Of a stretch of DNA of 64,000 nucleotides, positions 19,919 to 29,280 are shown piece by piece. The position numbers and the translations under genes are program-made. The notes under the pieces were generated by a model, which did no database searches, had not been told where the DNA came from, and saw only the letters and a program-made list of their open reading frames with translations. The DNA comes from an uncultured Thermoanaerobaculia bacterium. Its GTDB lineage: Bacteria > Acidobacteriota > Thermoanaerobaculia > Multivoradales > JAGPDF01. The first letter of the stretch is position 1. Each line of letters begins with the position of its first letter. The stretch lies in NCBI GenBank assembly GCA_964476605.1, contig CAYZBH010000003.1, forward strand, positions 36,849-100,848, written 5' to 3'.

Positions 19919-22114
19919 CTAGAAGGCCAGCACCTCGCGGGCGGCGGCGAGGAGCTTGGCCTTGTCGGGGAGGAGCGCCTGCTCGAGGGCGCGCGCGTAG
20001 GGGCTCGGGCGCTCGGGGTAGCCGACCCGCTTGACCGGGGCGTCGAGGAAGGCGAAGCCGGCGTCGGCGATCCGCGCCGCGACCTCGCCGCCGAAGCCGC
20101 CGGTCGTCTGCGCCTCGTGCACGACCACGACGCGGTTCGTCTTGCGGACGCTCGCGAGCACCGTCGCCTCGTCGAAGGGGACGAGCGTCCGGAGGTCGAC
20201 GACCTCGGCCTCGATCCCTTCGCCCGCGAGATCGGCGGCCGCTTCGAGGGCCGTCCAGACCGAGGCACCGTAGGCGACGAAGGTGAGCCGGTCCCCTTCG
20301 CGCGCCACCCGCGCCTCGCCGAGCGGAATCGTGTACTCCCCCTTCGGCAGTACCTCCTTGATGCGCCGGTAGAGGAACTTGTGCTCGCAGAAGAGCACCG
20401 GATTGGTGTCGCGGATCGCCGCCTTCAGGAGCCCCTTGGCATCGGTCGGCGTCGCCGGACAGACCACCTTGAGCCCCGCGACGTGCGCGAACCAGGCCTC
20501 CGGATTCTGCGAGTGGAACGCTCCCGCACCCACGCCGCCCCCCGAGGGGAGGCGGATCACCACCGGGCAAGGGCGCTCGAAGCGATAGAAGAGCTTGGCG
20601 ATGACGTTGACGATCTGGTTGAAGCCGCAGGCGACGAAGTCGGCGAACTGCATCTCGACCACCGGCACGTAGCCCAAGAGCGCGGCGCCGGCCGCGAGCC
20701 CGAGCGTCCCCGACTCGGAGATCGGCGTGTCGAGGACCCGGTCGGGCCAGTGGGCGTGAAATCCCTTGGTGACCCGGAAGGCGCCCTCGAAGACGCCGAT
20801 GTCCTGGCCGAGCAGCAGCACCTCGGGGTCGCGCTCCATCTCCTCGCGGAGCGCCTGGTGGATGGCGTCGAGGTAGGTGACCTCGCCGTGCCCCTTCGGC
20901 GCTGTCGCGGCGCCGGTGAAGGCGGCCATTGGCGCCAACGCCGCCGGTTCGTCGACGTCCTCCATCGCTTGGAGTGCACGGCCGCTGACGAGGACGGTGG
21001 CGTCTTCTTCCGGATCGATCTCCCCCACCGGCGGCGGCGGCTGCGCGACCAGGATCGGCATCACCCGCTGCTCCGGCCGCGCGAAGACCGGCCGGAAGGC
21101 GGTCTTCTCCTCGGGCGGCGGCGCCGCGAGCGCCGCCTCGATCGCCTGCTCCACCAGCTCGGAGACCCGTCGCTCGAGCCGCTCCTGGGTCTCGGGGTCG
21201 AGCACGCCGTCGAGCGCGAGCTTCCGAGCGTAGGAGGGGACCGCGTCCTGGCTCCGGTAGAGCTCGAGCTCCTCCGCGGGGACCACCTTCATCGAGCCGT
21301 CCCCTTCGGCATGGCCGCGCAGCCGCCCGACCACCGCTTCGAGCAGCGTCGGTCCGGCCCCGGCGCGCGCGCGGGCGAGAGCGCGGGCGAGCGCCTCGGC
21401 CATCGCATCCGGATCGTTGCCATCGACGGTGAGCGCCGGGATGCCGTAGCCGGGACCCCGGTCGGAGAGCTGCAGGCAGGCGAACTGGTGACGCGCCGGG
21501 GTCGAGAAGGCGTAGCGGTTGTTCTCGACCACCAGCACGAGCGGCAGCTTCCAGACCGCGGCCAGGTTCAGCCCCTCGTGGAAATCCCCCGTGGAGGTCC
21601 CCCCCTCGCCGATGAAGTTGATCGCCACGCGGTCGCCGCCGTTCTTCTTGAGCGCGAAGGCGCAACCGGCGGCGACCGGGATCATGGCGCCGAGATGGCT
21701 GATCATCCCGACGTGCGAGAGGCCGGCGTTCTCGTCGAAGTAGCCGTAGTGGTACGAGCGCTCGATGCCGCGCGAGAAACCGTCCTGGCGCCCGAGCACC
21801 TGGCAGGCGAGCCGGTAAAAGAGCCGCTCGGGGTCGGGGCGCCGCCCGTCGGAGGCGCCGAAGCCGAAGCCGGGGAAGGCGCGCGCCGGATCGAGGTAGT
21901 AGGCGAGGATCGCCCCGACGTCGCGATGGAGGGAGCAGAGAACGTCCCCCTCCTCGAGCGCCAGGCCCGCCGGAACCGTGATCCCCTCGTTGCCGATCGC
22001 GGAGTACCACTTCGCGATGCGGCCGGTGAGCAGCATCGCCTCGAAGCGCGAATCGAAATCCCGCGCGAGCTTCATGAAGGCATAGCGGAGCAGCCGCTCC
22101 TTCGGGGTCGCCAC
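19919..22114 (-). CDS. Fused 2-oxoacid dehydrogenase E1 alpha/beta (branched-chain/pyruvate dehydrogenase family)
   Basis: ThDP motif GEGGTSTGDFHEGLN...VVENN, RLRGHAEGD. Beta part GQDIG, DTPISE, EMQFADF, FHSQ, VVHEA. Confidence 0.93.
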   Translation of the reverse strand: MATPKERLLRYAFMKLARDFDSRFEAMLLTGRIAKWYSAIGNEGITVPAGLALEEGDVLCSLHRDVGAILAYYLDPARAFPGFGFGASDGRRPDPERLFYRLACQVLGRQDGFSRGIERSYHYGYFDENAGLSHVGMISHLGAMIPVAAGCAFALKKNGGDRVAINFIGEGGTSTGDFHEGLNLAAVWKLPLVLVVENNRYAFSTPARHQFACLQLSDRGPGYGIPALTVDGNDPDAMAEALARALARARAGAGPTLLEAVVGRLRGHAEGDGSMKVVPAEELELYRSQDAVPSYARKLALDGVLDPETQERLERRVSELVEQAIEAALAAPPPEEKTAFRPVFARPEQRVMPILVAQPPPPVGEIDPEEDATVLVSGRALQAMEDVDEPAALAPMAAFTGAATAPKGHGEVTYLDAIHQALREEMERDPEVLLLGQDIGVFEGAFRVTKGFHAHWPDRVLDTPISESGTLGLAAGAALLGYVPVVEMQFADFVACGFNQIVNVIAKLFYRFERPCPVVIRLPSGGGVGAGAFHSQNPEAWFAHVAGLKVVCPATPTDAKGLLKAAIRDTNPVLFCEHKFLYRRIKEVLPKGEYTIPLGEARVAREGDRLTFVAYGASVWTALEAAADLAGEGIEAEVVDLRTLVPFDEATVLASVRKTNRVVVVHEAQTTGGFGGEVAARIADAGFAFLDAPVKRVGYPERPSPYARALEQALLPDKAKLLAAAREVLAF

Positions 22115-22126
22115 GATCGCGGGAGT

Positions 22127-23629
22127 CTACGGTGGCGTCGACGAGGGCGGCAAGGAAGGGGCTCGCCCGCGCCAGATGTCCACCTTCCTCCCCCGCTTGA
22201 CGAGCTCGAGCTCGGGCAGGCCGAGCTCCTCGAGCACCGAGCCGAGCCAGGGGTCGTCCCGCACCACCGCGATGCGCGCGGTGCCCCAGTCGTCCCGCCA
22301 CCAGAGCTCGCGGGCGGAGATCGCGCGGTCGGCGATCGGCCAGATGACGTGCTCGGAGCCCGCCCGATAGAGGAGCGAGTTGGCGCGAAAGACGATCGGA
22401 TAGACCTGCCAGTAATCCCCGGCGAGATGCGTCGCGTGGCGGCGGATGAGCTCTTTCGCGATTCCATCGAGGGGTCGGTCGAGCTGGGAAGAGAACCGTA
22501 GTGCTTGCTTTGCCCGAGCGAGGGACGGCAGTGCGAATTCCATCGTGAGCACCAGGCAGAGGACGACCAGCGCGCCCGCGGTGACGAGCCCCTCGGCGCG
22601 ACGGGACGGCGAGGCCCAGAGCCCTGCCGCGGCGACGACCGGCGCGACGGCGACGAGCGCGAAGGAGATCGTCGCGTAGCGCCATCCCTGGAATCCGATG
22701 CCGGCGTTCTGCCGCACCCAATCGAAAGCGCCGACGAGCAGGAAGGAGAGCGCGGCCGCACCGACGAGCCGCGTCGCGAGCCGTCGCGCACGCTCGACGG
22801 GTGACGCCGCCCGGCGCGTCGCTCCCAGCAGGGCCCACGCGCCCACGCCGGCGGCCACGATCACCAGGTACGCGAACGGCAACGCGTCCGCCGCCTGCGC
22901 GAGGAGCGTGTTCCAGGTCCCGGGCCAATCCCCGAGCGGGCTCCAGCCGCCGGGCGTGTGCCGCACCCGCGGCACCGCGCGGCCGGCCCAGGCGACGGCG
23001 GCCGCGAGCGCCGTGAGACCCGCGATGCGACCGATCAGGGGTCGCCCGAACGATCCCCGCCGTTCGGCGACGGCGACCGCGAGCGGCGCCAGCCAGAAGA
23101 GCGTGGTCGGCGTGATCCAGAGCGCGGCCGCGACGAGCACCCATCCCAGGCGACGGCTCGCGGGCCGTGAGGCGTCCAGGCAGACGAGCGCCGCGAGCGC
23201 GGGTGCCGCTGATTGGGTGTAGGCCTGCTGGCAGGCGCAGAAGAAGACGTGGAACGGGCCGAAGAACACGACCGCCGCGGTCGCGCTCAGAACGCCCGCG
23301 GCGAGGCTCCCTCGCGCGCCCAGCAGCAGACGCGCCAGCAGGAGCCAGGTGGCCAGGAAGAGCGCGTAGTCGACGGTCGACTGCGCGAGCAGGTTGTGCA
23401 CCGGGTTGCGGAAGGGCAGGGCGAGGAGCGCCACCGCCTGCCCGAACCGGTCCTCGCCCCAAATGAAGGGGGTCCAGCGATAGAGGCTCCCGAAGACCGG
23501 GAGCAGCGAATCGGAGTTGGCCTGCGAGAGATTCCGCCCGAGCGTCATCCAGACGCCGCCGCCGAGCGCGGCGGCGCAGGCGGTGAACCGCTCGCCGACG
23601 GACCAGCGCTCGCTCGCCGGTACGGACAC
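22127..23629 (-). CDS. Polytopic membrane protein, possible GT-C fold glycosyltransferase
   Basis: About 10 TM. First-loop acidic motif NSDSLLP..SLYRWTPFIWGEDRFG, C-terminal soluble part with AGDYW. Confidence 0.55.
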   Translation of the reverse strand: MSVPASERWSVGERFTACAAALGGGVWMTLGRNLSQANSDSLLPVFGSLYRWTPFIWGEDRFGQAVALLALPFRNPVHNLLAQSTVDYALFLATWLLLARLLLGARGSLAAGVLSATAAVVFFGPFHVFFCACQQAYTQSAAPALAALVCLDASRPASRRLGWVLVAAALWITPTTLFWLAPLAVAVAERRGSFGRPLIGRIAGLTALAAAVAWAGRAVPRVRHTPGGWSPLGDWPGTWNTLLAQAADALPFAYLVIVAAGVGAWALLGATRRAASPVERARRLATRLVGAAALSFLLVGAFDWVRQNAGIGFQGWRYATISFALVAVAPVVAAAGLWASPSRRAEGLVTAGALVVLCLVLTMEFALPSLARAKQALRFSSQLDRPLDGIAKELIRRHATHLAGDYWQVYPIVFRANSLLYRAGSEHVIWPIADRAISARELWWRDDWGTARIAVVRDDPWLGSVLEELGLPELELVKRGRKVDIWRGRAPSLPPSSTPP

Positions 23630-23648
23630 GCGCCTCGGGCTCTCCCCC

Positions 23649-25868
23649 TCAGCGCGGAAGAGCCGAGACCTTGGTCTCGAATTCGTTGCGGCGAGGGTGC
23701 TCGGGCTCCATCTGGAGGAGGATCCGGAGCGCGAGCTCCGCCTCGGCGCGCTTGCCGGCGGCGACGAAGCTCTCGAGTTGCCGCACCCCCTGGTCGATCC
23801 CTTGCTGGCGCCGGTGAACCTCCTCGTAGCGGCTCACCTCGTTGAAGAGCTGCGCGGTGCGTGGATACTCGGGCACCACGCGCTCGAGCTCGAGCACGAT
23901 CTCGCGGGCGCCGAGCCAGTCCTTCGCTTGCACCTTCTCCCGGAACCGGCGCTCGAACTCCTGGCTCTTCGCCTCGCGCGCGGCGAGGGCGGCGATGTCC
24001 GAGATGCGGAGGCGATAGCTCTCGACCGAGACCTTGGCGAGCCCTCCGGCCGAGAGGCGCTCGAGCTCGCGCTCCGCTTCGTTCAGACGGCGGCCCTCGA
24101 GGAGCTCTTCGAGCCGCTGGCGCTGCCGGCCGATCTGCTCGTCCGACGCGAGCTGCTTCTCGGCGAGGGCGATCTCCCCCTCCAGGGTCTCGGCCAAGCG
24201 GTGCGAGGGATCGATCTTGGCGACCGCCTCGACCTGCTTCTTCGCCGACTTGAGATCGCCGCGCCGGATCGCCTGTCGCCCCTCCTCGAAGGCTGCACGC
24301 GCGCGCGCGAGCTCCCGCGCCTCTTCGCCCAGGAGGGCGACCCAACTCGCGTAGTCCGCGCGCCGCGGATGGAGCGGCGCCAGCTCGAGCAACGTGTCGA
24401 GGGCGAACTGCGCGAGCGACTGCTTGTGCTCCCTGAGGTAGGTCTCGAGGAGCCGCTCCGCCTCGGCGACTTTGGCGGCGAGCTCCTCCTCCTCGGCGCT
24501 GGGCGGGGCGGGAGCGGCCGGCGCGGGCGTGACGGGCGCGGGCGCGACCGGCGGCGGGGCGGAAGCGGCGGCGGGCTTGGCCGCCTCCGGCATCGCGGCG
24601 ACGACGGCGGCGCGCGGTACCGGCTGCGTGGCGGCGCTGGGCTTCGCGGCCTTGCGCGCCACCGCCTGCGACTGGAGCGCACGCCCCACCGCGGCGAGCT
24701 GCTCCTTCAAGGGCGCGATACCCGGATGGCGCGGCGAGAGCGATTCGAGCTGGGTCACCAAGCCGGCGGCGTCGTCGTAACGCTTGGCGGCCACCGCCGC
24801 CTCCGCCAGCTCGTGCAGGCGGGAGCTCTCGCTCACCTTCTTGGCCGCCCGCTCGATCTGTGCCAGCAGCTCCATGCGCTCCTCGCGCGAGAGCTCCGAA
24901 GAGGAGCCCGCGCGGCTCACCGGACGCGGCGAGGAGGTCGCGACCGCTGGCGTCACCGCGCCGGTCGGGAGCGACACTTCCTGGGTCGCCACCTGGCGCA
25001 GCTTCTCCGCCACCTTGACCAGGGCCTGCAGGAAGCTGATGGCGTCGGGGTGCCGCGCCTCGCGGTCCTTCTCGAGCCCTTTCAGGACGACCGCGTCGAG
25101 CTCGGCCGGGACCGTCACCTGGGGGTTCCGCCCGATCATCGGCAGCGGCGGCTCGGTCAGGCGCTTGAAGACGTAGCCGTGCTGGTTCTCGGACTCGAAG
25201 GGGGGGCGCCCGGTCACCATCTCGTAGAGCACCGCGGCGAGCGAGTAGAGATCACTCCGGTGATCGAGCGGCTCGTCCTTGAGCGCTCCGGCCTGCTCCG
25301 GGGAGCAGTACATGAGCTTACCCATGAACATCCCGGCCTGGGTGATCTCGAGCCCCTGCTGCACTTCGAGGTTCTTGGCGAGCCCCAGGTCGATGATCTT
25401 GAGCTGATAGCGCCCGCGGCGGTCGCGGGTGATCATCAGGTTGTCGGGGGAGACGTCGCGGTGGATGACGCCGGCGGCGTGGATCGCCTCGAGGCCGCGG
25501 AGCGCCTGGATCGCGAGCTCCACCGCGAGCGGCATCGGAAAAACCCCCTTCTGCTTCAGCCAGGTGCCGACGTCCTCCCCTTCGATGTGCTCGGAGACCA
25601 TGTAGAAGCTGCCGTCGGCCAAGCGCGAGAAGTCGTAGAGGATGGCGACGTTGGGGTGCTTGATCTGGGTCGCGATCCGCGCCTCCTGCGCGAAGCGCTG
25701 GAGCGCCATCGGATCGGTCGCCCGGTCGGCGCGCAGGATCTTGATGACCCGGAGCTCGTGGAGGTGGAGGTGCTTCGCCTTCCAGACCTCCCCCATCCCG
25801 CCCGTCGCCAACCGGTCGACGATCTCGTACTTGCCGTCGAGAATGGTCCCGCTACTGCGCTCGGTCAC
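23649..25868 (-). CDS. Hanks-type Ser/Thr protein kinase with Pro/Ala linker and helical (TPR-like) C-terminus
   Basis: LATGGMGEVW, VIK, HRDVSPDN, IDLGLAK, YCSPEQ, DLYSL. No TM helix evident. Confidence 0.93.
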   Translation of the reverse strand: MTERSSGTILDGKYEIVDRLATGGMGEVWKAKHLHLHELRVIKILRADRATDPMALQRFAQEARIATQIKHPNVAILYDFSRLADGSFYMVSEHIEGEDVGTWLKQKGVFPMPLAVELAIQALRGLEAIHAAGVIHRDVSPDNLMITRDRRGRYQLKIIDLGLAKNLEVQQGLEITQAGMFMGKLMYCSPEQAGALKDEPLDHRSDLYSLAAVLYEMVTGRPPFESENQHGYVFKRLTEPPLPMIGRNPQVTVPAELDAVVLKGLEKDREARHPDAISFLQALVKVAEKLRQVATQEVSLPTGAVTPAVATSSPRPVSRAGSSSELSREERMELLAQIERAAKKVSESSRLHELAEAAVAAKRYDDAAGLVTQLESLSPRHPGIAPLKEQLAAVGRALQSQAVARKAAKPSAATQPVPRAAVVAAMPEAAKPAAASAPPPVAPAPVTPAPAAPAPPSAEEEELAAKVAEAERLLETYLREHKQSLAQFALDTLLELAPLHPRRADYASWVALLGEEARELARARAAFEEGRQAIRRGDLKSAKKQVEAVAKIDPSHRLAETLEGEIALAEKQLASDEQIGRQRQRLEELLEGRRLNEAERELERLSAGGLAKVSVESYRLRISDIAALAAREAKSQEFERRFREKVQAKDWLGAREIVLELERVVPEYPRTAQLFNEVSRYEEVHRRQQGIDQGVRQLESFVAAGKRAEAELALRILLQMEPEHPRRNEFETKVSALPR

Positions 25869-25904
25869 CGCGCTCGTTCGCCCTCACTGGATCGTTGCGG
25901 GGCT

Positions 25905-25910
25905 ATTCTA
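25905..25910 (-). promoter_or_regulatory. Candidate -10 element (TAGAAT) upstream of the kinase-led operon
   Basis: Minus-strand GCTAGAAT about 37 nt upstream of the kinase GTG. Confidence 0.4.
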
Positions 25911-26014
25911 GCCCGGCTCGCGCCGGGCTGCTGAGAAGGCGAGAGGATACCGCGACGCCCGACGGCCCTCGCGCGCCTCCGCGGTAGCGTGTCTCCGGAG
26001 GCCTTCGACATGCG

Positions 26015-26043
26015 AAAGGCCAGGCGCCGGATGGCGCCTGGCC
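26015..26043 (-). terminator. Intrinsic terminator after the ECF/DUF4097 operon
   Basis: Perfect 11-bp stem GGCCAGGCGCC/GGCGCCTGGCC, 4-nt loop, followed by TTTC on the minus strand. Confidence 0.65.
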
Positions 26044-26069
26044 CGCGTGCTGCGCGCTGCGCGTGGCGG

Positions 26070-26909
26070 TCAGTTCTTCGCGCGGCGCAGGAGGAGGTCG
26101 CCGTTGAAGGTCTGGAGGCGGATCTCGGGGCCGCCGCCGTTGATCTTGCCGGTCATCTCGCGCGCCACCACCAGGCGATAGCGCCCGCCCTCGTGCTTCT
26201 CCTCGATGTCCGGTTTCGTCGCGCCGAGCGCGATCTCGAAGTCGGCGTAGATCTCGCCGTTGTCCGAGCGCAGGCGGACGTCGGCCTTGAATTCGGCGGG
26301 CAGTGTCACGTCGATGTCGCCGTTCAGGGTCGAGAAAGCCATCGGCGCCGGCGCCGCGCTGCGCTTGAAGGCGACCGAGACGTCCCCGTTCACCGTCGCC
26401 GCCGAGACCGGGCCCTTCACGTCCTTCGCGTGGACTTCGCCGTTCGTGTTGTGGAGGTCGAGCTCGCCGTCCACGTTCTCGATCTCGATGTCGCCGTCGT
26501 TGACCGTCGAGAGGGTCGCCGAGCTCGCCGCCGGCACGGTGATCTTGAGATCCACCGCCCGCGCCCAGGACTCGGCCGAGATCGAGACCTTGTTGTGATC
26601 CTCCTCCGCCTCGAGCCCCATCGCGGTGTTCGGAATGCGGCGCATCCCGCCCCGCGCCTTCTTGCCCGCGATCGCGGGCTCGGAATCGTCCTCGCCCTCG
26701 TCGCGCGCCACCGCCTCGATCGTGACCTCCTGAACCGCGGCGCCGATCACCCGGATCGACCCCATGACCAAGGAGACCTCGATCTCCGCCGGCTTCGCCG
26801 GATCCGAGAGCGGCACCGTGAGCTTCTCGGCCGCCACCGGACCGGCGGCGAGGAGCGCCAGCGCCCCCGCCAGAAACCACCGCTCCATCTGCTGCATTTC
26901 GTTCTTCAT
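26070..26909 (-). CDS. DUF4097-like beta-strand repeat (adhesin-like) exported protein
   Basis: Signal peptide, repeats STVNDGDI / NTNGEV / ATVNGDV / STLNGDI / SDNGEI, ends GGGPEIRLQTFNGDL. Confidence 0.85.
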   Translation of the reverse strand: MKNEMQQMERWFLAGALALLAAGPVAAEKLTVPLSDPAKPAEIEVSLVMGSIRVIGAAVQEVTIEAVARDEGEDDSEPAIAGKKARGGMRRIPNTAMGLEAEEDHNKVSISAESWARAVDLKITVPAASSATLSTVNDGDIEIENVDGELDLHNTNGEVHAKDVKGPVSAATVNGDVSVAFKRSAAPAPMAFSTLNGDIDVTLPAEFKADVRLRSDNGEIYADFEIALGATKPDIEEKHEGGRYRLVVAREMTGKINGGGPEIRLQTFNGDLLLRRAKN

Positions 26910-26932
26910 CTTGCCCTCTCTTCGAGCGCGCC

Positions 26933-27808
26933 CTAGCGCTCGCGGATCGTGATGTCGCCGTTCACCGTGTCGCACGCGAGAGCGACGCCGCCCTCGCCGA
27001 TCACGGCCTTCGAGCGCCCACCCAGGTGATGGCGGCTGCCGCCACGGCCAGAACGCTCGTCGCGCTCGACCGTCGCCGGCAACTTCGCCAGCGTGAACGG
27101 GAAGTCCGTCTGGACCTCGCCGTTCAACGTGTGGAAGGTGAGCTCCGCCCCCAGCCCTTCGGGAAACGACAGATCGATGTCACCGTTGACCGTCGCGAAC
27201 TCGAGATCACCGGCGGGAAGGGAGGCGAAGTCGGCCTTGAGCTCGCCGTTCACCGTCCCCGCGTCGACGCTCCCGCCCACGGCTTCGAGCGTCACGTCGT
27301 CGTTGACGTGGTGCACGTCGAGTCGGCCGCGCACGCCGGAGACCCGGATCGCGCCGTCATTGACGTTCTTCACGACGAGATCGAGATCCGCCGGCACGGC
27401 GAGCGTCCAATCGAAGCGCACTTCGTAGCCGCGCTCGTCCGAGTCGCAACAGCAGTCCCGCTTGCGGTGCTCGCCGCGGCAGCGCCAAGGCCCGCCCTGC
27501 ACGAGCTCGAGCTCGCCGGGCTTCTCCTCGACCTCGAGCTTCACCTGCTCGCGCGCTTCCGCGAGCGCGGACGCATCGCGCGCCGTCCAGCGCTGGTCGA
27601 GGGCGAGCCGCACGGTGTCCCCCGATCCGCCGACGATGGCGATCGATCCCAGCACGTTGTCGACCACGAGCTTGCGATGTCCGTCGACCTTGGTGAGCGT
27701 GAAGGTCCGTTCCACCTTGTCGCTCGCCGTCTCCTTGGCGAGCGCCGAACCCGCGGCGAAAACGAGGAGCAGGAGCGGGAAGATCCGACCGAGTGTTCTG
27801 TTTCTCAT
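26933..27808 (-). CDS. DUF4097-like beta-strand repeat exported protein
   Basis: Signal peptide, NVNDGAI / HVNDDV / TVNGEL / TVNGDI / TLNGEV repeats. Confidence 0.85.
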   Translation of the reverse strand: MRNRTLGRIFPLLLLVFAAGSALAKETASDKVERTFTLTKVDGHRKLVVDNVLGSIAIVGGSGDTVRLALDQRWTARDASALAEAREQVKLEVEEKPGELELVQGGPWRCRGEHRKRDCCCDSDERGYEVRFDWTLAVPADLDLVVKNVNDGAIRVSGVRGRLDVHHVNDDVTLEAVGGSVDAGTVNGELKADFASLPAGDLEFATVNGDIDLSFPEGLGAELTFHTLNGEVQTDFPFTLAKLPATVERDERSGRGGSRHHLGGRSKAVIGEGGVALACDTVNGDITIRER

Positions 27809-28611
27809 CAGGCGCTCCTTCCGAGGCGATCGCGCAGATAGGCACGCACCGCCGGATCGAGATTGGGGTTGTCGACGAGCGCCTTGAGGTCACGCTTCGC
27901 GGCGGCGCTGTCGGAGGCGATCAAGAGGTCGATCAACGAGAGCTGGACGAGCGGCGAGTCCTGGCGCGAGACCGCGGCCACCAGCTTCTCCCGCTCCGCG
28001 GGGCGCTCGGCGAGCGGCTTCAGCGCCTCGAGGGCAGCCAGCCGCACGTTGACGTTCGGATCGGAGAGCATGGTGCGATAGAGCGCGCTCGCGAGCTTCT
28101 CGTCCTCGCCGGTGTACTCCCGCGTGTAGGCGACGCCGCGCAGGCGCTCCGAGACCGAGCGCTGCTCGAGCAGCGACATCGCGACCATCTCGTGCAAGTC
28201 ACCCACCTCGCGCCGGAGGGCGGCGACGTCGGAGCCACCCTGCCGGGAGAGCAGGAATCCGATTCCCAGCCCCACGATCAGCATCGCGGCGAGGGCGAGC
28301 GCGGAACGCCAGACGGGCCGGCGAACGGGCTCGCTCCGCTCGGCGTCGCGGAAGCCGCCGAGCGCGACCGGGCGCCCCGCCTGCCGTGCCGCTTCGCCCG
28401 CGAGCAGGGCGTCGAAGCGGCGCCGCGCGCCCTCGCTCGGCGCCTCCTCGGGCAGCTCGCCCAGCTCCCGCCAGAGGCTCGCGAGCGCCGCCGCCTCGGC
28501 GGCGCAGGGGGCGCACGCCGCGAGGTGCCGATCGAGCTCGGCGCTCTCGGCCGCGGAGAGCTCCCCCGCGAGCCGACTGGTGATTCGCTCCTGCATCGTT
28601 TCGCAGCTCAT
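27808..28611 (-). CDS. Zn-finger (zf-HC2) anti-sigma factor with C-terminal HEAT repeats
   Basis: MSCE..., HLAACAPC, TM helix, SDPNVNVRLAALEAL, QDSPLVQLSLIDLL. Confidence 0.87.
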   Translation of the reverse strand: MSCETMQERITSRLAGELSAAESAELDRHLAACAPCAAEAAALASLWRELGELPEEAPSEGARRRFDALLAGEAARQAGRPVALGGFRDAERSEPVRRPVWRSALALAAMLIVGLGIGFLLSRQGGSDVAALRREVGDLHEMVAMSLLEQRSVSERLRGVAYTREYTGEDEKLASALYRTMLSDPNVNVRLAALEALKPLAERPAEREKLVAAVSRQDSPLVQLSLIDLLIASDSAAAKRDLKALVDNPNLDPAVRAYLRDRLGRSA

Positions 28612-29201
28612 GCCATCTCCTCCCCCGCGCTCGCGAGGTAGGCCTGCTTCAAGTCCTTGAGCGCCCGGTGCACCCGCACCTTGACCGCTCCCACGCTGAC
28701 GCCGAGGATCTCCGCGATCTCTTCGTAGCGGAGCTCCGAGAAGCGCGCGAAGACCAGCAGCTCCCGTTTCTCCGGGGCCAGGCGGGCGAGCGCCGCGCGC
28801 AGCCGTCGCACCTGCCCCGCGCGCTCCATCGTCTCGACCGGATCGGGCTCGTCCGCGGCCGGTTCCGGAGCTTCGGGGTCCTCCTGGAGCTCCTTCGGGC
28901 GCGCCCGATGAAGATCGGTCGCCGCGTTCCTCGCGAGGGTGAACATCCAAGGGGCGAAGTCGGCCCCGGGACGGTAGGTATGGCGGTACTTCAACATGCG
29001 GACGAAGACCTCCTGGACGAGGTCTTCCGCGGTCGAGCGGCGGCGCGCGAGCTTGAGGAAGAAGTTGAGGAGTCGCGCCTGGTGCCGCTCGAAGAGCTCC
29101 CCGAGCCGGGCGAGGTCCCCCTCGCGGACGCGCCCCATGAGCTCGGGATCGGAGAGCGCTGGGGCGCCACCCGGGGTCGCTGGTCGGTTCGGCGAGGGCA
29201 T
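28608..29201 (-). CDS. ECF sigma factor
   Basis: SDPELM..V..GD...LGELFERH, AEDLVQEVF, WMFTLARN, YEEIAEILG.SVGAVKVRVHRA. Confidence 0.94.
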   Translation of the reverse strand: MPSPNRPATPGGAPALSDPELMGRVREGDLARLGELFERHQARLLNFFLKLARRRSTAEDLVQEVFVRMLKYRHTYRPGADFAPWMFTLARNAATDLHRARPKELQEDPEAPEPAADEPDPVETMERAGQVRRLRAALARLAPEKRELLVFARFSELRYEEIAEILGVSVGAVKVRVHRALKDLKQAYLASAGEEMA

Positions 29202-29252
29202 CGCGATCGCTCCCTCAGTCCAGGCTGCCGTCGAGGTCTCCATCCACCGGGC

Positions 29253-29280
29253 AATACCGGCGGCGCGGGGGAAGGTTACC
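29253..29280 (-). promoter_or_regulatory. Candidate ECF-type autoregulatory promoter
   Basis: Minus strand GGTAACC-N15-GGTATT about 50 nt upstream of the sigma start. Confidence 0.4.
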
